Of a stretch of 64,000 bases of DNA, positions 1-10,400 are shown in pieces. A program made the position numbers and the translations under genes. This stretch comes from a virus (lineage: Duplodnaviria > Heunggongvirae > Uroviricota > Caudoviricetes). The DNA is taken from IMG/VR virus record IMGVR_UViG_3300040801_004519, positions 5,231 to 69,230 of that record. One strand, 5' to 3'. A model generated the notes under the pieces. It had not been told where the DNA came from. It searched no databases and saw only the letters and a program-made list of their open reading frames with translations. Positions within the stretch are counted from its first letter, which is position 1. Each line of letters starts with the position of its first letter.

Positions 1-2
1 TA

Positions 3-1871
3 TACGCCGGAACAAGTACAACAGCAGAGCTTATATTCAGAAATGCGATTGGCGGTGTCTTTGAAAGAAGCTTCATTGATGAACCTGCAAGAGTAAACAG
101 GGTGAAAATTGATGACGCTGCAATGCGAATGTGCATTGGTGACACAATCTATCAAGGAACTGCTGAGCCTAATTTCTCTGGCTGGAGTCCCTTAGTCAAG
201 CTGGATGGGACAGTTATTGATTTTGAGCCTTCTTCATATGACGGTGACATAAACTTGATCGAAGTTTGGTCGGTAACCAATGACAAAGTGTACAGGACAG
301 TACCATCTAACGATGTGAAGAATGTATATCTTCAGTTGATTGATGCTGCCGGGAACAAGTCTGCATCAGGAGATATATTTGGATCAATATCCATTGATGA
401 TCTTGCTGGCTTTGTTAATGAGAACAAAATCATTACCATGGACATCGATGGTAATGAACTTGATGCAATTGAAACCGATTCACCTTATCGATCTGCCAGC
501 AAGCTTGAGGAGGAAGCAGGAGAATACTTTAGTGAGATATTCTTTGGAACCGACAACCTGATTGCTTGGGACTTGATGACCTGGAACTGCGACGTACCCG
601 ATGATACTGAGGTTGTTATTAGTTTAAGAACTGCGGATACAAGGGATGGGGTGCTCGCTTCTCAGTGGAAAACACACTATGGGTCCAACTTTAGAACGGG
701 CGTTAACCTTGGATTCTTGCGAGGAAAGTACATTCAGTTTAGAGCTACGCTCTCATCAAAGAAACGCGGTGCCACTCCAACACTTTTCAACGTTGTTATC
801 AAGGCCAGAACTAGTGAGGCTACGTACTTCTACACCACTAACTTTATCCATGGAAGTAAGGTGAAAAGTGGCTTACTTACAGCAGAGGATATAATTCCTG
901 TTTCGGCAGAAGTTGTCTATGCCATCGACACCAATAACAGTGTAAACTTTTCTGATTATCAAGTCATTGAGAAAGACACGCTGTTCCACACCGATTCTGG
1001 CCAAACTGGAGATGGTCTTCGCATAGGCGTCAAGTTTATCACACCGTCCCCCTATGACATCCCTACAGATGTTTTTGGAGAGTACGGGCCATATAATGAA
1101 CCTTTGATAGTAAACTCAATAAACTTCACCGAAGAAGATTCTGGTCCACATGAATTTACGGTACGTTTCTTTGAAGACCCATCCATGGAACAAGAAGTTT
1201 TTGTTGCATCGACAGCGGAAAGCATTGATGGCTGGTCAATTGACGGATCACCTATCGATGAAAGTAGTAGCCATGTAGAGGTTGCAGATGGAGGAAGCTC
1301 AGTCATATACGCTATAAATGCGGAATCAAATTTGCTTTGCAACACTTACTACTATATTAAGATTGAAGCTTATGATGTTACTGACGATTCTACGCGAACG
1401 GTATTAAGCGGAGATGCCTTCGTCTACGCATGCAACGCAACTTTTGTTGATGACGTAAGTATCGAGTTTGATGCACCCGAATCTGCAACTTACAATTTTA
1501 GAGTACGGCTCTTTGATGATCCCAAAAGAACAAGTCTTTTGAAGACTTACTACACGGGAACAAATCCTGAGCTATTCTCGCTAAACAGCGGAGAGTTCCC
1601 GAGCACTGGTGCAAGTTTGACTTCCGGTCAAACGGCTGAAGTTTTACTTCTTCCTCCAAAATCTGAGCTACAGGTGGAGAAGGTTTATCATCTCTCCATC
1701 GATATATTCAATGGAACAGAGTTTTTTGATGAAGACAATGAGCTTACGCTTCGAATAAGCGACCCTGTAGCAGATGAATATTGTGGAGAATATCAAGGCG
1801 TGCCACTTGTTAAAAATATGGGTATAGCTTTCTCCCTCGAAGACGGAAGGCAAATCAGATTTAACAAATGA
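3..1871 (+). CDS. Putative virion structural protein, 5'-truncated by the window edge
   Basis: The frame of ORF 102..1871 is open back to base 3 (YAGTSTTAELIFRNA...). Beta-rich and acidic, with a GKYIQFRATLSS..ATPTLFNV module and two tandem ~110-aa repeats. Lies at the head of a run of giant structural-type ORFs. Confidence 0.55.
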   Translation, partial: YAGTSTTAELIFRNAIGGVFERSFIDEPARVNRVKIDDAAMRMCIGDTIYQGTAEPNFSGWSPLVKLDGTVIDFEPSSYDGDINLIEVWSVTNDKVYRTVPSNDVKNVYLQLIDAAGNKSASGDIFGSISIDDLAGFVNENKIITMDIDGNELDAIETDSPYRSASKLEEEAGEYFSEIFFGTDNLIAWDLMTWNCDVPDDTEVVISLRTADTRDGVLASQWKTHYGSNFRTGVNLGFLRGKYIQFRATLSSKKRGATPTLFNVVIKARTSEATYFYTTNFIHGSKVKSGLLTAEDIIPVSAEVVYAIDTNNSVNFSDYQVIEKDTLFHTDSGQTGDGLRIGVKFITPSPYDIPTDVFGEYGPYNEPLIVNSINFTEEDSGPHEFTVRFFEDPSMEQEVFVASTAESIDGWSIDGSPIDESSSHVEVADGGSSVIYAINAESNLLCNTYYYIKIEAYDVTDDSTRTVLSGDAFVYACNATFVDDVSIEFDAPESATYNFRVRLFDDPKRTSLLKTYYTGTNPELFSLNSGEFPSTGASLTSGQTAEVLLLPPKSELQVEKVYHLSIDIFNGTEFFDEDNELTLRISDPVADEYCGEYQGVPLVKNMGIAFSLEDGRQIRFNK

Positions 1872-1891
1872 ACAACCGATAGTTCTGACAT

Positions 1892-4800
1892 ATGCCTCTA
1901 TATACGCAACACTACCGACTTGGCATTAAGCTTTCGGGCGAAGCATATTCTGCTTCTCTTGATAGAGCAAGAATGCTCACGATTGACAGCCAGCTTGATT
2001 TCATTTCTGACATTGTTGGAGATGGGAAAGTCTTTGGTTGGGATGTTGAGCCTCAAACATTCGGCATGTCGGTAGGAGATGGGATTGGGATCATAGACAA
2101 ATTTGTCGTTCAAACCTTTGGGCCTATCTTTGTGCCACTAGACGAAGGTGAATCTTTCCTTTTTGCAAAAATACGTGAAGGACAGTTTGGTGGGTATAGC
2201 GATTTCGCTGGACCTGTATCCTTTAACTACGTCGATGAATCGTCTCCCGATGCTCCTTCTTCGGCAAGTGCCTCAGCGGTATCATTTGAATCAATATCCT
2301 TGTCCTGGACAGAATCGATCTCGGATGATGCTTTTGAGTATGAGATATGGAGAAGTATTGACAACACTGGCTCTGGTTGGAATAGTGTTACTGAGCCTTT
2401 GGTTACTGTCGATGGAACAGTATTCGTCGATACTAATTTAGATCAGCAGACAACTTACTATTACAGGATATACACCCTCGACCCTTCAGGCAACAGGTCT
2501 TCTACCTATGCCTCGACTAGCGCCTTGACACTTGATGATCTTCGTGTTCCCCTTGCACCAAGGGGGATGCAGGTGTTCACCTCATCGAGTCGTATCCAGG
2601 TTGTTTGGCAATCATCCCCCAGCAATTTTGTTAGTGGCTATAGGGTTTCTGCACAACCTTTGGACGTAAATGGTAATCCTTCGGGTGATTCACTTTCAGC
2701 AAATATAGTATCGTCTTCCTTTTACACTTTCAATGGCCTTGACAACGGTACACGATATAAAATTTCTGTGCAAGCCAAACAGGTTAATGGCGTGTTGTCG
2801 CCTGAAGTGTCACTGAACTCCACACCCTCTGAAAACGATGGTCCGCCTGATGCAGACTCACTTGCTGTTGAGGAGTTTTGGGACGGTACTAATTTGAGCC
2901 TAAACCTTGAGTGGGATCAAAACTCTGACTCTGCGTCAGGTCCGCCATTCCGGTGGCAAATCACTCTTGTTGAGGATGGAGAGAGAAACTCAAACCCAAT
3001 TCTTGTTTCTGGGCTTCGACAGAAAGTACTCATAAATAATGCTAGGTACGGAGATGAATCAAGGCCCATATCTGAAAAGTCCAATTACTTAGTTCGGATT
3101 CAGGCAGTTAATCAATCCAACACGAAAAGCTTTGGAACGATTAGTCAAATTAAAACGAGTAAGTGGTCAAATCCACTTCCGGTATCTAATGTTGCTTTAA
3201 ATCTTTTCAGGAATGAGAACTTAAAAGTCACTTGGTTGAATCCAGTTGATGATTTTGAGAGAGTGCTAATAAGCCTAACAAAGTTCGATCCAGCAGCAGA
3301 TTCTACATCAATAATCATTTCTGATTTGAGCGTAGGCAAGGCAGAATCATATACCAGTCCAATACTTATTGAAAGCGGAGTTGTCTATTCTGCCTCCGTG
3401 GTAACTGTGGATTCTGGGGGTAATAAAAGTGAAATACAGCAGACAGATTTTTCCACAGAATCTGGTATTCCGCTTCCGCTTCCACCAACGGCTGTGAGAG
3501 CAAGAAGCCGACTTGGTTATGTTTCTGTACAATGGGATGTAAGCTTATCACTTGGGATTCAAAAGTACAAAGTCTATAGGACTCCATTTGCTTTTCTGGG
3601 TGATCCTATTTCTGCTACTGAGATAGCAACCGTGGATTCGGATGTTTACCAGATTGATGACTACAGCGTTGATGTCGGAGAACGTTACACCTATATGGTT
3701 GTATCAATAGATTCATTCGGAAATGAATCAAGTGGTCCCTCACAAGGAGACTTCTCATTTGCCTCCGCTGATGTTACAGTTGACAATAGCTCGGGGATTG
3801 AGGAACCAAAAGACTTTGAAGGTAACTTTGACAGTGATTCCTTTAATTTAACTTGGTCTAATTCAAATGATGGATTTGACGGGTATCAGGTGTTCCGATC
3901 CGAGAACGGCGGCATATATCACAGGGTTGCTTCTATTGGAAGATCAGAAACCTCCTGGTCCGATACCAACTTTAACAAGATAAATGGCTCCACTTACAGC
4001 TACGTTCTGCGTAAGTATCGCAATGAAGCTGAGTTTGAGATTCGTGAGAAATCCGCACTTGGAAAAGGATCAGTATTCCTTGGAAAGTTAGATGTGGATA
4101 GTTCTGGTAACGTTGTATATTCTGAAGATGCCTTTGTTGACCTGTCCATGTTGAGGGGGCCGATACGGAGAGAAGCCAGAAAGCGTCTCGCAAAGCATCG
4201 TCATTTTAAGTTCTCCGAAGAAGATGATCGGAGAATTAGTCTCGATACGAATTGGAAAGTATCGGATTGGTCTACAAGCAGGGGTACGGTGTGGACTACA
4301 GAAGAAAACATATTCGACACAGGATTGTTCTCTGTTTTCATTGATGGCAATCCTACAAATATCTTGTATGATTTAGATAAAGTGAGGGGCGAGCTTACTT
4401 TTGAAGAAAGTATTGATGAGGACTCGCTTGTTGAAGTTGTGTTTTCTGATTTAGCAGAAACACAAGGTATTTTGCCGCCCCAAAAGGTGGGAGATGTTAG
4501 TGCATCTCGTTTTGATCGAGGGAAAATACCAAAGGAGGCAATTCCCAAAATAAGTCATGAAGGAAGAAAAAGAGACAGGCTTCTTCCAAGACAGAATTTC
4601 TACACTTCTGGTGATGGCTTTGTGTTTTATCCAGATGACAGGGCTAATAATTCTTCCACAAATAATGTTGATAATTTTGATTCGGAAATGTTTTACTCAC
4701 TGGCTCCAGGTAGTTCAGAGGGTTCGATACTAGCTGCAACTGGTCGATCTTTGATGCTTAGCAATAACGCAGGTGTAGATTGGACCAATGTTCTCACAAC

Positions 4801-7456
4801 TAACTCTTTGACAGACTTTTTTAAGGATGTCTATAAAATAGATGATAATAATTGGGTCGCAATATCTAGAAACAATGTGTTTTTCTCTGATGAAGAACTG
4901 CAAAGTTGGTCAAGCATCGGAGGGCAAGTATCGGGCATCGGATCATCGAAGATAGTTCGTAAGTTCTTGGCAGCCTCAGACGGGAACTTTTATGTAACAA
5001 CTGATTCTGGAGTTCATAGGCTTGACAACAATGATGCTACCAAAAGGTGGGCGAGATGTTCTCCTCCAAATGATAGTACAACAGACTCATACGGAATTTA
5101 TGAAGATGACTCATTGGGTGCTATTGTTGTAAGCACGGCAAGAGGGCTTTCATACACGACTGATGGCGGCGACACTTGGACACAGTGGTCTGCCTTTGTG
5201 CGTAGAGAATCGATTTATGAGTTTATGAAAATTGGGACAAGTGTTTATGCTATTTCTGGCAATAAGCTTTTTCGCAAGAAAACGGATGATTCTACTTTTA
5301 AAGTGATGCATGTTTTCGAGAGTCGAATTCGTAGCATGGCTCATTTTAAGTCAAAAATCTACATTGCATCCGAAACTGGCGTTCACAGTTCCCAATACAA
5401 CTTTGAAGATGAAGATGACAAGATCATTTTCAATTCTGTGATGCCAGAAGTGGCGACCCATGGGCAAAAGCTTGCTGCAAACTCTCTTGCAGTAATCTCT
5501 TCCAATCTTTTTATTGGGACTGAAAACAGATTGTGGGCAGCCTCTTCTCATACGAGGGCGTCGATCCAATACAGAAAATTTGGCTCCAATGCTCTCATGG
5601 TTTTTGTAGACGGAGAAGTAAGAAGGCTTGGATGGTATTTCTCTCTAAGCAATATTGTTTTTGATTCCCCTATATCTCCCTTGTCTGCTGTTTCCGTTTC
5701 TAATCAATTTGGAGACTGGTATTCTCAAGACAGGGGGTGGTTAACATCAGGCCCAGCCTCTCCAGTATCTGTTTTCATAAATAATGCAAAAGTTACGGAA
5801 GATCAACAGAGTGAAGCAACTTTCTCCGTTCCATTTAGTCTATCTTCAACAGCTTTATTGCGACAAAGAGTTTCTTCCGAAACTGTGTCGGATCAAGCTA
5901 CGGCTTTGTCTATTATTGATAAGATGGAAGAACAGCTTGATGCCGCCAGACAGGCCCCCACTCAAGACCTAAGCGGCAATCCTGATAACTCTATTTTCGG
6001 CGAAGAAGTTCGCAAATACGCGGTCTTACTTGAAGAACTCAAGAATGTGTTTTTTGACGCATCTATATTTACCGATCCAAATTTTAGATTTTCTTTGAAT
6101 ACCAATTCTAGTGCTGCAAGCCAGTACTTGGTTGATTCTGTAACAGTAGACTCAGCCGAAGGTCAGCTTTTCTTTCCAAGAGTTCGAGCAACTCAGTCTA
6201 GCAGAGAAAATACACTTAGCTCATCGGATAACTTTAATTCGTACTCTGTTGTTGAAATAGATGTTACTGGTACCTCAATTCAAGGTGAAGGAAAATACAC
6301 ACATGACGAGATAGAAGATTCCTTTTCGAAGAAACTGTCTTTCCTCGAAAGTCCCATTGCCCAAATACTTCGATCTAACACCATCAGGTCTGATATCTTC
6401 ATGAACAATACTTACGAAGATAGCAGGGAAAAGACTTCTAGTACATCTCCACCGCACAATCTCAATATTTACGGAGGATGCGAAAATACTTGGTATAGGA
6501 AGTTTGATTCTACCGTAGACTATTCTTTACGAGTCCGCAAAAATCCAGATAACCTGTCCCTTCTATTTCCTTCTTCGTGCATAATCGTTGAAGCGAGAAA
6601 CGAAGTATGGGTTAGCGGTCTTGGCGGAATTATTGCAGTTGACATTGATTCTCTAACTGTATCAAGTGTATTTAGAGTTGGTGACTCAAAAAACCTTCAT
6701 CCGGCGAATACCGTCAACTCAATGTATGTATTCGATGACAGGGTTTTTGCAACTCTTCCGTCTTCCCTCTTAGAGTTTGATATAAGCTCACTTGATTCTA
6801 TCAAGGATGATTCAGAAAACTCGCCAACAGGTTTAACTTCTGTTATAGTATACAACAACCAGCCTGTGGTTGCAGCACATAACGGAGTTTTTGTCCGCGA
6901 TGTGACAAAATCATGGTTCCGATCTCTAGAGACCGAGCAACCCTGTGATGTTTGGGATGCTGGAGGCTTGGCAGTGGCCAGAGAAAGGCATAACAAATTT
7001 TACACTTCACCAACTGGAGAATCTTGGACTGAGAAGGGTGATGGAGGTATTCGCAACACGCCTGTCACCTCACTTGTTCGACACAGGACAAACCTGATTG
7101 CAACACCAAATGGTCTTTATGATGATAGCCTGACTTTATTTGCCAATACCACTCAATTTTCCAAAGCAAATCTTCCTTCTGAAGGTGGTGCCAATGGCTC
7201 CCCGATCAACGATGTATTTTCAGATAAAGATGTTGCGGTAGTTGGAGTTTCGGATGGACGATACTATCTATATGGAGGCGGCACAGGAATAACGGAGTAT
7301 GTTGAGTATGATAACTCTGAAAACCTAGAGTTGATTCATAAAGTGCTTATTGTCAATGGCCTTCCCTGGCTTTTTGGCTCTGATCGTCTGCATATTCCAT
7401 CCAGAGGCACCACAATCAAGCTTGCAACAGGTGAGAGACTACAGTGGCTAACTTAA
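1892..7456 (+). CDS. Large virion/tail-associated protein with FN3 repeats and Asp-box (BNR) beta-propeller regions
   Basis: 1854 aa. Several FN3-like repeats (ISLSW...YEIWRS...YYYRIYT; IQVVW...YKISVQA; VSVQW...YTYMVVS). Asp-box-like motifs SNNAGVDW, TTDGGDTW, SPTGESW. Confidence 0.65.
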   Translation: MPLYTQHYRLGIKLSGEAYSASLDRARMLTIDSQLDFISDIVGDGKVFGWDVEPQTFGMSVGDGIGIIDKFVVQTFGPIFVPLDEGESFLFAKIREGQFGGYSDFAGPVSFNYVDESSPDAPSSASASAVSFESISLSWTESISDDAFEYEIWRSIDNTGSGWNSVTEPLVTVDGTVFVDTNLDQQTTYYYRIYTLDPSGNRSSTYASTSALTLDDLRVPLAPRGMQVFTSSSRIQVVWQSSPSNFVSGYRVSAQPLDVNGNPSGDSLSANIVSSSFYTFNGLDNGTRYKISVQAKQVNGVLSPEVSLNSTPSENDGPPDADSLAVEEFWDGTNLSLNLEWDQNSDSASGPPFRWQITLVEDGERNSNPILVSGLRQKVLINNARYGDESRPISEKSNYLVRIQAVNQSNTKSFGTISQIKTSKWSNPLPVSNVALNLFRNENLKVTWLNPVDDFERVLISLTKFDPAADSTSIIISDLSVGKAESYTSPILIESGVVYSASVVTVDSGGNKSEIQQTDFSTESGIPLPLPPTAVRARSRLGYVSVQWDVSLSLGIQKYKVYRTPFAFLGDPISATEIATVDSDVYQIDDYSVDVGERYTYMVVSIDSFGNESSGPSQGDFSFASADVTVDNSSGIEEPKDFEGNFDSDSFNLTWSNSNDGFDGYQVFRSENGGIYHRVASIGRSETSWSDTNFNKINGSTYSYVLRKYRNEAEFEIREKSALGKGSVFLGKLDVDSSGNVVYSEDAFVDLSMLRGPIRREARKRLAKHRHFKFSEEDDRRISLDTNWKVSDWSTSRGTVWTTEENIFDTGLFSVFIDGNPTNILYDLDKVRGELTFEESIDEDSLVEVVFSDLAETQGILPPQKVGDVSASRFDRGKIPKEAIPKISHEGRKRDRLLPRQNFYTSGDGFVFYPDDRANNSSTNNVDNFDSEMFYSLAPGSSEGSILAATGRSLMLSNNAGVDWTNVLTTNSLTDFFKDVYKIDDNNWVAISRNNVFFSDEELQSWSSIGGQVSGIGSSKIVRKFLAASDGNFYVTTDSGVHRLDNNDATKRWARCSPPNDSTTDSYGIYEDDSLGAIVVSTARGLSYTTDGGDTWTQWSAFVRRESIYEFMKIGTSVYAISGNKLFRKKTDDSTFKVMHVFESRIRSMAHFKSKIYIASETGVHSSQYNFEDEDDKIIFNSVMPEVATHGQKLAANSLAVISSNLFIGTENRLWAASSHTRASIQYRKFGSNALMVFVDGEVRRLGWYFSLSNIVFDSPISPLSAVSVSNQFGDWYSQDRGWLTSGPASPVSVFINNAKVTEDQQSEATFSVPFSLSSTALLRQRVSSETVSDQATALSIIDKMEEQLDAARQAPTQDLSGNPDNSIFGEEVRKYAVLLEELKNVFFDASIFTDPNFRFSLNTNSSAASQYLVDSVTVDSAEGQLFFPRVRATQSSRENTLSSSDNFNSYSVVEIDVTGTSIQGEGKYTHDEIEDSFSKKLSFLESPIAQILRSNTIRSDIFMNNTYEDSREKTSSTSPPHNLNIYGGCENTWYRKFDSTVDYSLRVRKNPDNLSLLFPSSCIIVEARNEVWVSGLGGIIAVDIDSLTVSSVFRVGDSKNLHPANTVNSMYVFDDRVFATLPSSLLEFDISSLDSIKDDSENSPTGLTSVIVYNNQPVVAAHNGVFVRDVTKSWFRSLETEQPCDVWDAGGLAVARERHNKFYTSPTGESWTEKGDGGIRNTPVTSLVRHRTNLIATPNGLYDDSLTLFANTTQFSKANLPSEGGANGSPINDVFSDKDVAVVGVSDGRYYLYGGGTGITEYVEYDNSENLELIHKVLIVNGLPWLFGSDRLHIPSRGTTIKLATGERLQWLT

Positions 7457-10400
7457 AACTTGCTCAAGTATTTCAGACATCGCTGTCTGCCGTTTACGAC
7501 CAATTCAAAACGAGCGGCAGTTATCCTAGTCTTCTTGTAAATAAATCGCTCGGGCTGAGTCTGGAAGAATTTAAAGAACTAATGACGGGAAGAGACGTTC
7601 CCTTTTCCTCTCCTGATGGTTTAGATTATTACACCTTTACAGAGGACGAATGGAATAACTTCACCGCTGAAGAGTGGTACCATTTTCTTGGAAGTCCAAG
7701 CTATCTTCCTAGCAAAGCATCAATCTACTTAAACCTTGCAGGACAAAACCAAGGCCATTTCGTGGTCGAGGAAACGCTTGTTGTTGATGCATCGAATCAT
7801 GCTGGTCTTAAAACTTCTACAGATAGTGGGTTCCTGCTGAGTCCTGGTACTGGAGGAGGCAGCATGGAGTCGATATTCGGTGGGTCGTCGCTTGATATAT
7901 TTGAAAACCAAGGATTTGTAGAAAATGAATCTTCTTGGATACGATATCCTCTTCAGTTTAAAGATGATTCGGTTTATACGATAAATTTAAGACTCAAGGC
8001 AAAGGCTTCACATGGCGGAAGTTCTCGTCTGGGATTTTCAGTTGCTCTAGATGACCATCTGGTATATGAACACAGCGAATCCGTGGTTGGAGACACCTGG
8101 ATTTGGAGAAACTTTACAATTGTTGTACCTGACCCAGAGATTCACGACTTCAAAATAACTCCAACGACGCCAGAGATTTCGATTGATAAGATCGTCATTT
8201 CGAAAGACGATACAATCCCAACTGGCGAAGGTCCAGAAGCTGATCTATCTCCTTTTGTGACAGTTCACTCGCAGGTTTATTCTATCAATGATGAAACAGG
8301 TGAGCCGGAAAATCAGATGCCTGTTTATGATGCCAGAAACACTCTTGGTGATGTCTTGGACGAGGGATGGTATAACTTCGACTTAACTCCAGTTCTTTCC
8401 GGGGGAAGCTATTCCGAAACAAGTGAATTTGCCCTTGTTGTGAGTGTTTCTGGAGGCAACAATAACCATTTTGTGTCATGGGATACTTCTGTAGCATCAG
8501 AGAACATGCCTTCACTATCCTGGAATGGGGTGTCTTGGGAAGAGGATTCTACCAAGAACTATGCCTGCCTTATATATAGCAATCAGGTTGCTGTAAATGA
8601 GGAATGTGCAGTGTCTGTTCGGCCAGCACAACAGCTTGAATTAAAGGTTACAGATTTCAGAAAGGAAGATGCCGTACTTGTAAATACGGCAATCGAAGAA
8701 TCTGAATACAATGAAAACTTTGGTAAGATTGTTCTTGATTTACCGGCAAGCGAGGTCACGTTTGTAGTTGATCACTCCGGCAGCATGACCTGGAACGATC
8801 CAGAAGGCGTACGCTTTGATTTGATAGACCGAGTATCAAAAAGAATCAATGCATCGCAAGGCGGAAACGCAAAATTCAATTTAGTAAAATTTGGTGGAAG
8901 CAAAATCCTTCCCTTCCTATTCACCTCACCAGTTGACTATCGTGGTGATGACCCGCAAGAGATACTTAAGCAGCATCTGCAAAACTCTAACTCTCCTATA
9001 GTCGGATATCGTCTAGTAAGACGGTCAGATAGTTTCCCTGAAAGTCCGATTGATGGTGATATAGTTTCTGACGGAGTGTTCTCCAAGATACGTGACACAG
9101 ACGTTATAGAAGGAACGCAGTACTTCTACAAACTTTATTCATATGATTCGAATAATAACTTCAGCCAAGGACTTGAGTTTAGTTTTACTCCCAACTCAGA
9201 TGGTCATCCTATAGGGGTGGGAAATCTTACTGCATCTGTCCTTCTTGGTACCGGAGTATCTAATGATGGAAATGTTGTTTCCTCATGGCATTTTGATGAG
9301 GGAGATGGAGATAATGCTTTTGATTTCGGAAATGATCAAGTCAGCCTCTCTGTCCCTAAAGAATCTAGGTGGTTAGATCAAACAAATGTTCCTGTCGGAC
9401 GAAGTGGTATTCGTTTAGATGGAATTGAAGGTATTCGTTCGAATAGTGGTTTATCTACGTCTGGCGGTCTTGGTGACAAGATGACACTTGCGGCCTGGGT
9501 CTACTGGTACGGAGATGAAGGGACCATTATTTCGAGAGAATCTTCAAGCTCGACCAACTATATCCTTTCAATAAGCTCTTCTGGAAACATCAACTTTCGA
9601 TGTGCCGCTTCTCCGTTCTCATCGAGCACGGGAACGATTCCTAGCAATGAGTGGTGTCATGTATGCGTAACAGTTGATCTGAGCCTTTCTGAGTCTCATT
9701 TCTATATAAACGGTGACCTAGACTCGCAGAAACCTTTAGCCTCAACCACGGATTCTTCATCTGCTATGCAAATAGTCGTGGGGGATAACTTTGCAGGTAC
9801 AAGTACCTTTTTCGGAAGAATAACAGAGGTTTCAGTTCACGATGTTGTCAGAAACGAGGATTGGATTACCGAAGCAGCCACGCCAAAGGACGGAGAGCAA
9901 GATAATGGCGACAGAGTAGTCATTGCAAAATGGTTGGCAGATCAGGATTCTGGCAGCAAGGCTGTTGTGACGCTGCATGAAGTCAAAGATGACCTTCCAA
10001 TTCTTTCTTCCGAATCAGGCAATCATAAAAACATAGTTAATCAGTCACAAGGCTGGAACTGTGCTCAGGTTGGTCAAGGACTTCGGGCTGGGAAGACCTG
10101 GGATGTCCGTGTTTTCTCCAGAGAAGGCAATGTAGATAGTCAGGTACAAGATACCCCCGCTGTAGAGGTCAATATACCGCTAGTTGGCCCAGATATCTTT
10201 AAACCTGATCCCGAACCCGACTTAGCCCCTGTTTCAGCTTTTTCAGCAGTCAAGGTGCCCGGTGCGGCAAAGCTTTCTTGGTTGATGCCTGAAGACGCAC
10301 GGGCTACATCTGTTCGCATATACAGAGATGCAAACGATTATCCAATTATATCGGAACATGGCGTTGTCGGATCACTGGTTGGTTCGTTTGATCGTACGGT

